From a virus: a stretch of 64,000 nt of DNA. The position numbers were made by a program, and so were the translations under genes. Position 1 is the stretch's first letter, and each line of letters starts with the position of its first letter. The stretch spans positions 64,001-128,000 of IMG/VR virus record IMGVR_UViG_3300047312_000028; one strand, given 5' to 3'. The notes below the pieces were generated by a model. That model searched no databases. It saw only the letters and a program-made list of their open reading frames with translations, and was not told the origin of the DNA. This document shows positions 30,482 to 40,505 of this stretch, in pieces.

Positions 30482-31310
30482 AGACCTGGTTATCGAAGCG
30501 TTGAAGATTTACTCCATGGACGTATTCTACTTGCCTCGTGAATCACGGGACAAGATCGATAGACTCATGGGTGAAGAGCAATTAAAGAGCTACGGCTCAG
30601 CATACACCATTGAAGTTTATGTAGAGAACGTCTCCGGTATGGAAGGCGAAGGAGACATTATCAGTAAGTTCGGTCTTGAAATACGTGATGAAATGACGGT
30701 CTTAGTCAGTCGCCGCCGATTTATCTTCACTGTGCCGCTTCCACGACCACGTGAGGGGGATATCATCTACATGCCATTGGTGCAGAACTTCTTTGAAATC
30801 ACCTTTGTAGAGCATGAAAACAGTCAAGCAATGTTCTATACATTAGGCAGGGGGCGTGGCGGGAACGTTTATGTCTACGCACTACGCTTGAAGCAATATG
30901 TGTTCTCCAACGAACAAATCCAGACAGGTATCGACGAAGTGGACAGTCAAATTCTCGAATCATACCAGCTTACCAATCTTGTGTTGACTTCTGGTACTGG
31001 AGCGTTCGACGTAGCAAATAATGAACTTGTTTATCAGGGAAGCAGCTTAGCCACCGCGAATGCGTTTGGGACTGCACATACATGGGATAGCGGTAACACA
31101 ACACTCAGCATTGCATTAGTCAATGGCATCTTCTCTAACACAGCAAATGTTGTGGGTGCGAACAGCGGAGCGCAATGGATCATGGCAAGTTTGGATAGCG
31201 ATACACCATTGGATACACAGTTTGAAGACCTTTCAGATAACAAGACGATTGAGACTGAATCTAACGATGTACTCGATTTCAGTGAATCAAACCCATTTGG
31301 TGAGCCATAA
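30417..31310 (+). CDS. gp14: Neck protein gp14
   Basis: EQLLVEDLVIEALKIY..DVFYLPR, SKFGLEIRDE, RPREGD.IY, DFSESNPFG. Confidence 0.92.
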   Translation: MPTNLYFNHFPEKITSEQLLVEDLVIEALKIYSMDVFYLPRESRDKIDRLMGEEQLKSYGSAYTIEVYVENVSGMEGEGDIISKFGLEIRDEMTVLVSRRRFIFTVPLPRPREGDIIYMPLVQNFFEITFVEHENSQAMFYTLGRGRGGNVYVYALRLKQYVFSNEQIQTGIDEVDSQILESYQLTNLVLTSGTGAFDVANNELVYQGSSLATANAFGTAHTWDSGNTTLSIALVNGIFSNTANVVGANSGAQWIMASLDSDTPLDTQFEDLSDNKTIETESNDVLDFSESNPFGEP

Positions 31311-32332
31311 TGCTTGGGCATCGACCATACTACCACAGAACAATTAGAAAGTACGTCACGATCTTTGGTGCCCTGTTCAATGATGTGTTCTATGTCAGAG
31401 AAACACAAGCAGGCGCAAAGAAAGAGAGACAGAAGGTTCCTATTGCCTACGGCCCAAAAGAGAAATGGGTGACCAGGATCTATTCTGACCCGAATCTTAC
31501 GAAGTCTGTGGCGACTACGGTACCTCGTATGTCATTTGAAATGACTAGTTTGACCTATGATGAATCACGTAAACAACAGTCTACGATTCGTCACCGATCA
31601 AACAATCCATTAAGCGCCAGCACGCCACAATCACAATATGTTGGGGTGCCATACAACTTTGATTTTTCACTCAGCATTTATGTGAGAAACATCGAAGATG
31701 GATTACAGATCGTCGAACAGATTCTTCCATTCTTCTTGCCAGATTACACCCTTACAGCACAAGTCAGTCAAGAAGTGGATATCACAAAAGACATTCCTAT
31801 TATCCTCAAGAGTGTGGAAGAGAAGATCGATTTTGAAGGAGCTTTCTCTGACGGTACCCGTATGGTGACCTGGGATCTTCAATTCACATTGAAGGGATAT
31901 TTGTTTGGACCAGTTAGTAACTCAGCAATCATCATGGGTATTCAGACAGGTAACACAATCACAGGCGGAGTGTTCACAAATATCTATGAAGATGTGAATA
32001 GCAAAACATTACAGAAAGTGATTATGACTTCCGGCAGCGGGATCTTCAAAGAGGATGAAGTTGTTCGAGAACCCAACCGCGATCTTGTGGGTAAAGTATT
32101 CTCATGGACCCCTAGCACGAACACTGCATACTTTAACAGCATGACAGGTGTTCTCAGAGCGAACGACGAAGTGTGGGGACTGGAAAGTGGTGCACATTGG
32201 GTAGTACAGAGTGTTGAGGTCACCAATCAGAAAGATGCGCAGATACACATTTATCAGAATCCAATCACAGCAAACCAATATTCAGACTATGGATATTCAA
32301 CAGTCATAACTGAATTCCCAGACACTTTATAG
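31310..32332 (+). CDS. gp15: Tail sheath stabilizer/terminator gp15
   Basis: YYHRTIRKY...FG.LFN, VPIAYGPKEK, PRMSFE, QIVEQILPFF.P. Confidence 0.92.
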   Translation: MLGHRPYYHRTIRKYVTIFGALFNDVFYVRETQAGAKKERQKVPIAYGPKEKWVTRIYSDPNLTKSVATTVPRMSFEMTSLTYDESRKQQSTIRHRSNNPLSASTPQSQYVGVPYNFDFSLSIYVRNIEDGLQIVEQILPFFLPDYTLTAQVSQEVDITKDIPIILKSVEEKIDFEGAFSDGTRMVTWDLQFTLKGYLFGPVSNSAIIMGIQTGNTITGGVFTNIYEDVNSKTLQKVIMTSGSGIFKEDEVVREPNRDLVGKVFSWTPSTNTAYFNSMTGVLRANDEVWGLESGAHWVVQSVEVTNQKDAQIHIYQNPITANQYSDYGYSTVITEFPDTL

Positions 32333-32339
32333 GTGAAAC

Positions 32340-32861
32340 GTGAAATTGAATCAAATTCTTGACCTAGATGTAACAGTGCCTTCAGCGTCGAATACCGGTA
32401 ATGCCACGACCACTGTGGCGATTATGGTGCCTGTGAACCTCGTCCCAGATGTGAGCGGAAGCGCGAACAACACGATTGAACAGGACGCTGCCGAGACACG
32501 AAAGAATGTCCGCACACTCATTGCTCAAGGTACACAAGCTGTTACAGAGTTGTTGGCACTTGCCCGCGATCTCAAAACACCACGCGCCTATGAAGTCGCA
32601 AGTAACATGCTGAAAACCATGTCGGATCTCAGTCAGGATCTTCTAGTCGTTCGACAACAAGAGAAGACACTTGAAGAGACAGCAGACACAGGTGATATCA
32701 CGATTCAACAAGCTGTGTTTGTGGGGTCGACGGCCGACCTAGCTGAGTTAGTGAAACTGAAGAGGGCTGAGAGAAAAAATGCAAACACCATCACGGTCAA
32801 AGCCGAAAGCGTCACAGACGTTCAAGGTACGACCAGTCTCCAAGAAATTCTACCTCACTAA
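32340..32861 (+). CDS. gp16: Terminase small subunit gp16
   Basis: PRAYEVA and VFVGSTADL motifs; upstream of gp17. Confidence 0.85.
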   Translation: MKLNQILDLDVTVPSASNTGNATTTVAIMVPVNLVPDVSGSANNTIEQDAAETRKNVRTLIAQGTQAVTELLALARDLKTPRAYEVASNMLKTMSDLSQDLLVVRQQEKTLEETADTGDITIQQAVFVGSTADLAELVKLKRAERKNANTITVKAESVTDVQGTTSLQEILPH

Positions 32862-34512
32862 TCCTAGGCTGAAGGCCGCAGGGGTTCAGGTACAATTCTC
32901 ACAAGATCAAGTAAACGAATGGGTGAGGTGTTCACAGGACCCCGTCTACTTCGTCACAACCTATTGTAAAATCGTCCACGTAGATCGTGGTATCATTGCA
33001 TTCGATCTCTTTGACTTCCAGAAAGAGATTATCGAAACCTATTTCTGTGAACGTAAAGTTATTGTTAAACTTCCTCGACAGATGGGTAAGACCACCACGA
33101 CTGCCGCGTTCTTCTTATGGTACATTCTCTTTAACGACAACAAGGTCTGTGCGATCCTCGCTAACAAGGCACCTATCTCTCAAGAAATCTTGGGTCGTAT
33201 TAAAATGATGTACGAACACTTGCCCCTCTGGCTTCAGCAGGGGGTAGTTGAGTGGAACAAACGTTCGATCACTGTTGAAAACGGATCACGTATTCTCGCT
33301 GCCGCAACCAGTTCAAGTGCGATTCGAGGATTCTCCTTGTCTCTGGTGTTCATGGACGAATTTGCGCACGTACCAAACAACATTGCAGAAGAATTCTTCA
33401 CCTCCATCTATCCAACGATTACCTCTGGTAAGGAAACAAAGATCCTTATTGCAAGTACACCAAACGGCTTGAACCACTACTACAAGTTCTGGACTGAAGC
33501 GGAAAGCAAGAGTAACGACTTCGTTCCCCTCTATTACAAGTGGGATAAGATGCCAGGACGCGATCAGGCCTGGGCAGATGAACAGTTACGCGCTTTGAAG
33601 GAAATGAAGTATCGCCAGGAAGTGTTGTGTGAATTCTTGGGATCAAGTGACACACTTATCTCAGGAAGCAAACTCTCAACGATGGCGATTAAGCAACCAA
33701 TCGTGTCAGAAGAGGGATGGCAAGTCTACGAACACCCACAAGAGGGCCACACCTATATCATTTGCGTCGATCCCGCCCGTGGTATCAATCGGGATGCTTC
33801 AGCATATTGGGTCATTGACGTGACACAGATTCCATATCGTGGAGTCGCCAAGTACCACAGTCATACAATTGCCCCGATGATCTTCCCAAATCTTATCTTT
33901 AACGCAGCCGTGAAATACAACCATGCGTTCGTGCTGGTTGAAATCAACGATAACGGACAACAGATCGTTGATATGCTGCACTATGATCTAGAATATGAAA
34001 ACATCTTCAAGCTTGAATCATCCCAAAAGGGAGGATCGAAGATTGCCGCAGGTTACAAGAAATCTATGCGCTTGGGTCTTCGTATGACCGAATCTGTCAA
34101 ACGTATCGGTTGTTTGAACCTCAAGACGTTGATTGAACAGGATAAGCTCTTAATTGAAGACTTTGACACCATTTCAGAGTTTTCGACGTTCACCCAGCAA
34201 CTCCAGACATTCAAAGCCGAAGAAGATCACTATGACGATTTGGTCATGTGTCTTGTCAGCTTTTCGTGGTTAGTGACTCAGAAGTACTTCCGAGAAGCCC
34301 AGGGGCGTAAGGTAGATATCCGAAAATCGCTCGAAACAGACCAGACGGCGCTGGTCGAGGACGATATCGTTCCGTTTGGGGTTATCGATACCGGTCTGGA
34401 AGATCCTATAAGTTTCGAGGACGGGGAGCTTTGGATACAAACTCGCAGCATGGATCCCGAGGAATTACAGCAGGCCATGAAGCGTTACGTTGAACGAGCA
34501 CATGGTATTTAG
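32779..34512 (+). CDS. gp17: Terminase large subunit gp17
   Basis: PRQMGKTT Walker A, FMDEFAH Walker B, STPNG, DDLVM nuclease motif. Confidence 0.95.
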   Translation: MQTPSRSKPKASQTFKVRPVSKKFYLTNPRLKAAGVQVQFSQDQVNEWVRCSQDPVYFVTTYCKIVHVDRGIIAFDLFDFQKEIIETYFCERKVIVKLPRQMGKTTTTAAFFLWYILFNDNKVCAILANKAPISQEILGRIKMMYEHLPLWLQQGVVEWNKRSITVENGSRILAAATSSSAIRGFSLSLVFMDEFAHVPNNIAEEFFTSIYPTITSGKETKILIASTPNGLNHYYKFWTEAESKSNDFVPLYYKWDKMPGRDQAWADEQLRALKEMKYRQEVLCEFLGSSDTLISGSKLSTMAIKQPIVSEEGWQVYEHPQEGHTYIICVDPARGINRDASAYWVIDVTQIPYRGVAKYHSHTIAPMIFPNLIFNAAVKYNHAFVLVEINDNGQQIVDMLHYDLEYENIFKLESSQKGGSKIAAGYKKSMRLGLRMTESVKRIGCLNLKTLIEQDKLLIEDFDTISEFSTFTQQLQTFKAEEDHYDDLVMCLVSFSWLVTQKYFREAQGRKVDIRKSLETDQTALVEDDIVPFGVIDTGLEDPISFEDGELWIQTRSMDPEELQQAMKRYVERAHGI

Positions 34513-34525
34513 GAATCACTAGAAG

Positions 34526-34533
34526 TATAAATA
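34526..34533 (+). promoter_or_regulatory. Late promoter TATAAATA
   Basis: Exact consensus upstream of gp18. Confidence 0.85.
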
Positions 34534-34606
34534 GACTTACGAAACCAGATTTTCGACAAATTATGACTTCCACTGTAGCACACTAATCCTATGTAAGGAG
34601 ATAACC

Positions 34607-36508
34607 ATGGCATTCCAGCTTAGCCCGGGCGTAAATGTTTCTGAAATTGATGCCACAACCATCGTTCCTACCGTTTCGACAACGACAGGCGCGGCAGTTG
34701 GGCAATTCAATTGGGGTCCTGTTGAGACTCGCCAACTTATCGACACAGAAGTAAAGCTGGTCACCTGGTTCGGTAAGCCAGACTCCAACACATTCGTTGC
34801 ATTCTTCTCAGCGGCAAACTTCCTTGCCTATGGCAATCAGCTACGTGTCACCCGTGCAGCAAACTCTGCCACGAAGAACGCGGTGGCAAACAATGCTACA
34901 GGCGCAGCATTACAGATCAAGAACGAAACCCTCTATGAAGCCAACTACTACGCAGGAGAAGGCGACTTCGGTTCCTTCGCGGCTCGCTACCCAGGCGCTC
35001 TTGGTAACAACTTGAAAGTGTCTGTTTGCGGTAGCTCGAATGTATTTGCTAGCAACGCTTCATTACAAACTGGCGCAACAGCGAACACAGGTAATGCAGG
35101 AGACTTAGTAATCAACACAACCGGTAACTCTGCTCCAGTCGTTCGCACAGGTGATTATGTGAAGGTTGGTACCAACCCTTACGTCCAAGTCGCTTCTGCA
35201 AACGCGACCGCGATTGTCATTGCCAGTGCATTGACTGTAGCGATCACAGGTCCTACATCGATCCTTCGCAAGTGGGAGTATGCCGATCAGTTCGACAGTG
35301 CTCCAGGCACCTCTGACTACGCAGCCGGCCACAACGGGGTGAACGATGAATTACATGTTATCGTCCTCGACGAAGACGGCGGAATCAGCGGAACAGTCGG
35401 TCAGGTTCTTGAGAAGTACCCATTTGTGTCAAAAGCATCCGATGCGAAGAGCAATGATGGATCAAGCATCTACTACCCAACCGTACTCTTCAACAAGTCG
35501 CGCTATATCTACTGGGGCGATCATGATGCCAACGGTACAAACTGGGGCAACACAGTCACCGGAACGACCTTTACTGATGTAACACAAGCACAGCGATTGA
35601 GTTTGGCGGGTGGTACAGATCAGACAGTCACAGACGGAGACTTGCAGAATGCCTGGGCTCTATACATTAACGCAGAAGTTGTGGACGTATCACTCTTAGT
35701 CTTGGGTGAAGCCGATGCAACAGTGCAGACTTATGTTCTCAATAACGTGGCCGAAGTGCGTAAGGATTGCGTAGCGTTCTTGTCACCAGCAAGAGCCAAC
35801 GTGGTTAACAACATTGGATTTGAAGCGGATGCTGTTGTGACCTATCGCAACTCACTCCCATCATCCAGCTACGCTGAAATCGATTGTAACTGGAAGTACC
35901 AGTATGATAAGTACAATGACACCTATCGTTACTTGCCATTGAACGGAGATATCGCAGGACTCTGTGTTCGCACAGATACGACCCGTGATGCTTGGTTCTC
36001 GCCAGCAGGTTACGACAGAGGGCAGATCAAGAACGTTGTCAAGCTTGCTTGGAACCCAACACTTGCAGAGCGCGACACTCTCTACAAGAACGGTATCAAC
36101 CCTGTGGTCACATTCCCAGGCGATGGTACGGTCCTTTACGGAGACAAGACAATGCAGAGCAAGCCAAGCGCATTCGACAGAATCAACGTGCGCAGACTCT
36201 TTATCGTCTTGGAAAAGGCAATCGCCCGTGCTTCAAAGTTCAGCTTGTTTGAATTCAACGATGAATTCACCAGAGCACAGTTTGTGGCAATGGTTGAGCC
36301 ATTCCTTCGTGATGTGCAGGGCCGCAGAGGTATCTTTGACTACCGCGTGGTAGCAGACACAACCAACAACACACCTGATGTGATTGATGCCAACAGCTTC
36401 GTAGGAGACATTTACGTTAAGCCAGCACGTTCGATCAACTTCATTCAATTGAACTTTGTGGCAGTGAGAACGGGTGTGAGCTTCGATGAAATCGTAGGGA
36501 AGTTCTAA
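34607..36508 (+). CDS. gp18: Tail sheath protein gp18
   Basis: SPGVNVSEID, FNWGP, WFSPAG..RG, FDRINVRRLF, KPARSINFI.LNFVA. Confidence 0.96.
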   Translation: MAFQLSPGVNVSEIDATTIVPTVSTTTGAAVGQFNWGPVETRQLIDTEVKLVTWFGKPDSNTFVAFFSAANFLAYGNQLRVTRAANSATKNAVANNATGAALQIKNETLYEANYYAGEGDFGSFAARYPGALGNNLKVSVCGSSNVFASNASLQTGATANTGNAGDLVINTTGNSAPVVRTGDYVKVGTNPYVQVASANATAIVIASALTVAITGPTSILRKWEYADQFDSAPGTSDYAAGHNGVNDELHVIVLDEDGGISGTVGQVLEKYPFVSKASDAKSNDGSSIYYPTVLFNKSRYIYWGDHDANGTNWGNTVTGTTFTDVTQAQRLSLAGGTDQTVTDGDLQNAWALYINAEVVDVSLLVLGEADATVQTYVLNNVAEVRKDCVAFLSPARANVVNNIGFEADAVVTYRNSLPSSSYAEIDCNWKYQYDKYNDTYRYLPLNGDIAGLCVRTDTTRDAWFSPAGYDRGQIKNVVKLAWNPTLAERDTLYKNGINPVVTFPGDGTVLYGDKTMQSKPSAFDRINVRRLFIVLEKAIARASKFSLFEFNDEFTRAQFVAMVEPFLRDVQGRRGIFDYRVVADTTNNTPDVIDANSFVGDIYVKPARSINFIQLNFVAVRTGVSFDEIVGKF

Positions 36509-36516
36509 ACCGTCGT

Positions 36517-36524
36517 CATAAATA
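36517..36524 (+). promoter_or_regulatory. Late promoter CATAAATA
   Basis: Upstream of gp19. Confidence 0.8.
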
Positions 36525-36551
36525 ACGATATCAAGAACAGAGGAGACGCAC

Positions 36552-37106
36552 ATGCCATTCAATTCGTATGAATTTAGAGCACAGATGCAAGGAGACGGCG
36601 CTAGACCAAATCTCTTTGAAGTTCAATTAGTGTTCCCTACGTTTATCAATCCAGGTAACGCAAATCGCAAATTGACCTTCATGGCGAAGACCGCTTCATT
36701 GCCAGGTTCGACTATCGGTCACGTACCGGTATTCTACTTTGGTCGTGAAACGAAGCTTGCAGGCAACCGTACATTCCCAGAATGGACGTTGTCCATCTTG
36801 AACGATGAAGACTTTGCAATAAAGAACGCATTCGAGAAGTGGATGAACGGTATGAATCGTCATGTCAGCAACGTGCGCGATCTTTGGGCTGGTAACTCAC
36901 TTGGATACTCAACACAAGCAACAGTCAAGCAATTCTCCAAGACCGGTGGTGTGTTGAAGACGTATACCTTCGAGGGTATGTTCCCAGTTGACCTCAGTCA
37001 AATCGACCTTGATTGGGGATCGAACGACACGATTGAAGAATTCAGCGTGACACTCGCCTATCAGTACTACACCGCTGTAGCCAAAGATAACACCGTTATC
37101 GCATAA
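36552..37106 (+). CDS. gp19: Tail tube protein gp19
   Basis: GARPNLFEV, GR..K.AG.RTF.EW, IEEF.VT..Y. Confidence 0.95.
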   Translation: MPFNSYEFRAQMQGDGARPNLFEVQLVFPTFINPGNANRKLTFMAKTASLPGSTIGHVPVFYFGRETKLAGNRTFPEWTLSILNDEDFAIKNAFEKWMNGMNRHVSNVRDLWAGNSLGYSTQATVKQFSKTGGVLKTYTFEGMFPVDLSQIDLDWGSNDTIEEFSVTLAYQYYTAVAKDNTVIA

Positions 37107-37111
37107 ATGGA

Positions 37112-37139
37112 ATGGGGGTACCTTCGGGGCCCCCGTTTT
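37112..37139 (+). terminator. Rho-independent terminator with C(UUCG)G tetraloop
   Basis: ATGGGGGTACC-TTCG-GGGCCCCCGT-TTT downstream of gp19. Confidence 0.8.
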
Positions 37140-37183
37140 CGTGAATTCATAATGCTCAACCCAAAAAAGAAGGTGGGAATATA

Positions 37184-38893
37184 ATGGCCTGGAATCTTTT
37201 TGGCTATCATCTCGGTAAGACTCCTGATGTTACAAAAGTTGAAAAACCTTCAGTACAGAACCTCGTCATTCCGCAAGCGCAGATTGATGACGGTGCAATC
37301 ACTATTACACAAGGCGCCTACTACGGCACCTATGTGGACCTCGAAGGTTCGGTTCGTAACGAACTCGAACTAATCACCCGCTACCGTGAAATGGCCCTTC
37401 ACCCAGAGTGTTCAGAAGCGATTGAAGAAATCGTAACTGAATCTGTCACGCAAGACGATGATGGTGAAGTGGTTGAAATCAACCTCGACAAACTACAAGT
37501 ACAAGCCACGATCAAGAAAAGCATCCAAGCTGGGTTCGATAAGATCAAGAACATGCTCAGTTTTCAAGACTTAGGTGAAGACTTGTTTAAGCGTTGGTAT
37601 GTCGATGGTCGTTTGTATTTTCAAGTAGTCGTGGATAAAGAAGATCCAAAGAAGGGTGTTCAAGAACTTCGCTACATCGATCCGCGCAAGATCCGCAAAG
37701 TACGAGAAATCATGAAAGAGCGCGACCCTAAGAGCGGGATTGAAGTTATCAAAGCAGTTAGTGAATACTACGTATATAATGACAGAGGATTAACAGCGCA
37801 ATCATACACAGCAAGCGTGAACCAGGGCACCAGAATCTCACCAGACAGTATCGTTTTCGTGCCGTCTGGCCTGCTTGACGCCAAATCTACGATGGTTATT
37901 GGTTGGTTGCATAAAGCGATCAAGCCTTTGAACCAGCTTCGCATGATCGAAGACGCTATCGTTATCTACCGACTCTCCCGTGCGCCAGAACGTCGCATAT
38001 TCTACATCGACGTGGGCACCCTCCCAAAGATGAAAGCTGAACAGTACTTGAAAGACGTAATGTCCAAGTACCGTAATAAGCTGGTCTATGATGCAAACAC
38101 TGGTGAACTCAGAGACGAACGCAAGCACTTATCAATGCTTGAAGACTTCTGGCTCCCACGGCGCGAAGGTAGCAAGGGAACAGAAATCACAACATTACCT
38201 GGTGGTGAAAACCTAGGCAAGATGGAAGACGTGGAGTACTTCCAGAAGAAGCTCTATAAGTCATTGAACGTGCCAATCGGTCGTCTTGATACACAGTCTG
38301 CCGGTGGTGGTCTTGTCGGTCTTGGCCGAGTCGCTGAAATCACCCGCGATGAAGTCAAGTTCAATAAGTTCATTCACAGACTCCGTAATAAATTTGCTCG
38401 CCTATTCGACGAAGCTCTCAAGCAACATATGGTTCTTACAGGCGTATGTTCACTTGAAGAGTGGGAAACGTTCCGTGAGAATATCGCTTACGACTTCAAG
38501 AGTGATAACAACTTTGCCGAACTGAGGGATGCTGAACTCGAACGTGAACGCTTAACGTTACTTCCAATGATTCTTCCTTATGTTGGGATCTATTACTCGA
38601 ACACCTGGGTCAAGCGTCATATCTTGCACCAGTCTGATGATCTCATTAAAGAGATGGCAGATGAAATCGACGAAGAAACAGAGCGTGGAGAACTTCCATT
38701 ACCTCCTCCACCAGGATCTGAAGTGCCAGGACAACCGGGTCAGCCAGGTGCACCAGGCGGCGGCGGAGCAGGCATGCCTCCAGCCGCTCCAGTCAACAAT
38801 GTAGCTGATGCGCAAGAGCAACCAAATGAGTCATTGACGCCTGGATTAGACAAATCGGTTGAGAAGAATCTGTTCCCAAAGAGCGGTCGCTAA
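37184..38893 (+). CDS. gp20: Portal protein gp20
   Basis: WYVDGR, ELRYIDPRKI, NQLRMIEDA.VIYR..RAPERRIFYIDVG, EDFWLPRREG. Confidence 0.96.
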   Translation: MAWNLFGYHLGKTPDVTKVEKPSVQNLVIPQAQIDDGAITITQGAYYGTYVDLEGSVRNELELITRYREMALHPECSEAIEEIVTESVTQDDDGEVVEINLDKLQVQATIKKSIQAGFDKIKNMLSFQDLGEDLFKRWYVDGRLYFQVVVDKEDPKKGVQELRYIDPRKIRKVREIMKERDPKSGIEVIKAVSEYYVYNDRGLTAQSYTASVNQGTRISPDSIVFVPSGLLDAKSTMVIGWLHKAIKPLNQLRMIEDAIVIYRLSRAPERRIFYIDVGTLPKMKAEQYLKDVMSKYRNKLVYDANTGELRDERKHLSMLEDFWLPRREGSKGTEITTLPGGENLGKMEDVEYFQKKLYKSLNVPIGRLDTQSAGGGLVGLGRVAEITRDEVKFNKFIHRLRNKFARLFDEALKQHMVLTGVCSLEEWETFRENIAYDFKSDNNFAELRDAELERERLTLLPMILPYVGIYYSNTWVKRHILHQSDDLIKEMADEIDEETERGELPLPPPPGSEVPGQPGQPGAPGGGGAGMPPAAPVNNVADAQEQPNESLTPGLDKSVEKNLFPKSGR

Positions 38894-38896
38894 ACG

Positions 38897-38904
38897 CATA
38901 AATA
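38897..38904 (+). promoter_or_regulatory. Late promoter CATAAATA
   Basis: Upstream of the prohead-core genes. Confidence 0.8.
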
Positions 38905-38938
38905 GTACCGAACAGTTGTCTTTATACGGAGAAAAGCT

Positions 38939-39646
38939 ATGCAAATTACCGAAGTGCATATCAGCACAAGACATTTTGAATTTGCGCATGGTAAAAAGCC
39001 CAGAGGCACAGGATCATGGGCCTTCGGTACACACCCTAATCAACCTGTAGATAAGTTATTCTGGCACAATGGTCCTTATGGTGAGGCCGCAAAGGCTGCC
39101 AAAGAACACGCCAAGAAGAACGGTCATGGAGAAATGCACGTCATGTCTGAATCAAAAGAAGACGATATCAGAGATAGATCCTTAAAAGTCAAACGAGAGT
39201 TGGATGCCGCAGCGCGTTCAAAAGTTGCAAAGAAAACCTTAGACGCGGCCGCAGCCGCAAAGAAGGCAAAAATGATGAAGGAAGATTTTGCTCCAATCGG
39301 TGATGTGATTACATTGGTGGCCAACGATCAGCGTTCTGAAGCGACCTCAATTGTCAATGACCTTTTGAGTGCCCGAGTACTCGACGCACTCCAGGGGCAT
39401 AAGCAAGACATTGCCAAGTCGTTGTTTGCACCAGGCACAGAAGCCTTGCAAGAAGAGACTGAACAACTTGACGAAAAGAATTGGATTGCAGGCGCCGTAA
39501 AGAACAAGGGTGGATTGCATCGTGCGTTAGGTGTCAAGGAAGGCGATAAGATTCCTGAAAGCAAGATCGACGCCGCAGCACACAAAAAGGGTAAGGTTGG
39601 TAAAGAAGCTCGCTTGGCAAAGACGCTCAAGGGATTCCACAAGTAA
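38939..39646 (+). CDS. Modular prohead core / internal head protein containing a gp67-like segment
   Basis: gp67 position; helical segment DLLSARVLDALQGHKQDIAKSLF flanked by basic modules and [ILM]-x-E sites. Confidence 0.6.
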   Translation: MQITEVHISTRHFEFAHGKKPRGTGSWAFGTHPNQPVDKLFWHNGPYGEAAKAAKEHAKKNGHGEMHVMSESKEDDIRDRSLKVKRELDAAARSKVAKKTLDAAAAAKKAKMMKEDFAPIGDVITLVANDQRSEATSIVNDLLSARVLDALQGHKQDIAKSLFAPGTEALQEETEQLDEKNWIAGAVKNKGGLHRALGVKEGDKIPESKIDAAAHKKGKVGKEARLAKTLKGFHK

Positions 39647-39650
39647 TTCA

Positions 39651-40505
39651 ATGAAAGAATTTACAGACCTACGCAAGCAATTGTATGAAGGGGTGGAGGA
39701 CTTGGCGGAGCATATTGCAATCGCCACTAGTTCTATGCCTCCCAACATTCTGATTCTTCGTAGGAAGACTGTACGACAGTTCCCAAATCATACGATGGTT
39801 GCCTTGTATTACAATGATAAGCTCGACCAATATTTCAGCATTCCTTATGGCGGTGATGCTAGCGCAGTGGTCACTCCAGTCTCATTGAGAGAAGAAGAAC
39901 AGCTTCAAGAAGTTTCTGATAAGGTGGCTACCTCAGCATTCTATGCCCGTCTTGGTCGTTCTAAGTATGCGTCCAAGAAAGGTGACCGCGTTACGGCCGA
40001 TAAGCACATGACAAAAGCTATGCAGACGCATGAGCGCATTAAGAAAAAGCATTTGGAAGAAGACATAGAAGAACTCGACGAAGCCGGCTATCGTACAAAT
40101 CCAAAACGTGCCGCATGGATGTCCGAATTTGAAACTCATGTAGTCAAGCAGGCGCCTGAACACACTGGGAAGATCGATTGGGATTCCGCGCACCATATGC
40201 ACTTTTCTGGCAAGGGCGCAAAAGAATCAGCAGACCAGTATGTAAAGAGCCGACACCAGTTACCTGAATCAGTCGAACACAACGCGATTGATACACTACG
40301 ATCAATCAGAGACTTTCACGCGATTAAGCATATCAAACATGACGATGGAACAAAGACGCATGTAGACCCAACGACTGCCCATGCACTCTTAACGGTTCAT
40401 GATGCGTTGAAGCCAGAGCACCAAACAAAGTTTGCAGAGCATTTGAAAGCCTCAAAGCCAAAGTTTAACAAGATGCTTGATTTTACATGGAAGTCGGTGC
40501 ACTAA
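39651..40505 (+). CDS. Modular internal head protein with CTS-like N-terminus
   Basis: Start at ATG 39651 (MKEFTDLRKQLYE); modules separated by LRE/LQE/LEE/LDE/LPE. Confidence 0.6.
   Translation: MKEFTDLRKQLYEGVEDLAEHIAIATSSMPPNILILRRKTVRQFPNHTMVALYYNDKLDQYFSIPYGGDASAVVTPVSLREEEQLQEVSDKVATSAFYARLGRSKYASKKGDRVTADKHMTKAMQTHERIKKKHLEEDIEELDEAGYRTNPKRAAWMSEFETHVVKQAPEHTGKIDWDSAHHMHFSGKGAKESADQYVKSRHQLPESVEHNAIDTLRSIRDFHAIKHIKHDDGTKTHVDPTTAHALLTVHDALKPEHQTKFAEHLKASKPKFNKMLDFTWKSVH

Noticed and set aside
32779-34512. Intein or intron in the terminase or other core genes
   Set aside because: gp17, gp20, gp23, gp46 and UvsW have ordinary lengths and continuous motifs
39531-39650. Upstream extension of the second core ORF, or a programmed frameshift fusing the two core ORFs
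   Set aside because: The overlap is in the +1 frame, while the only slippery-looking run (C AAA AAG) is an imperfect -1 site; ATG 39651 gives a CTS-like N-terminus right after the upstream stop
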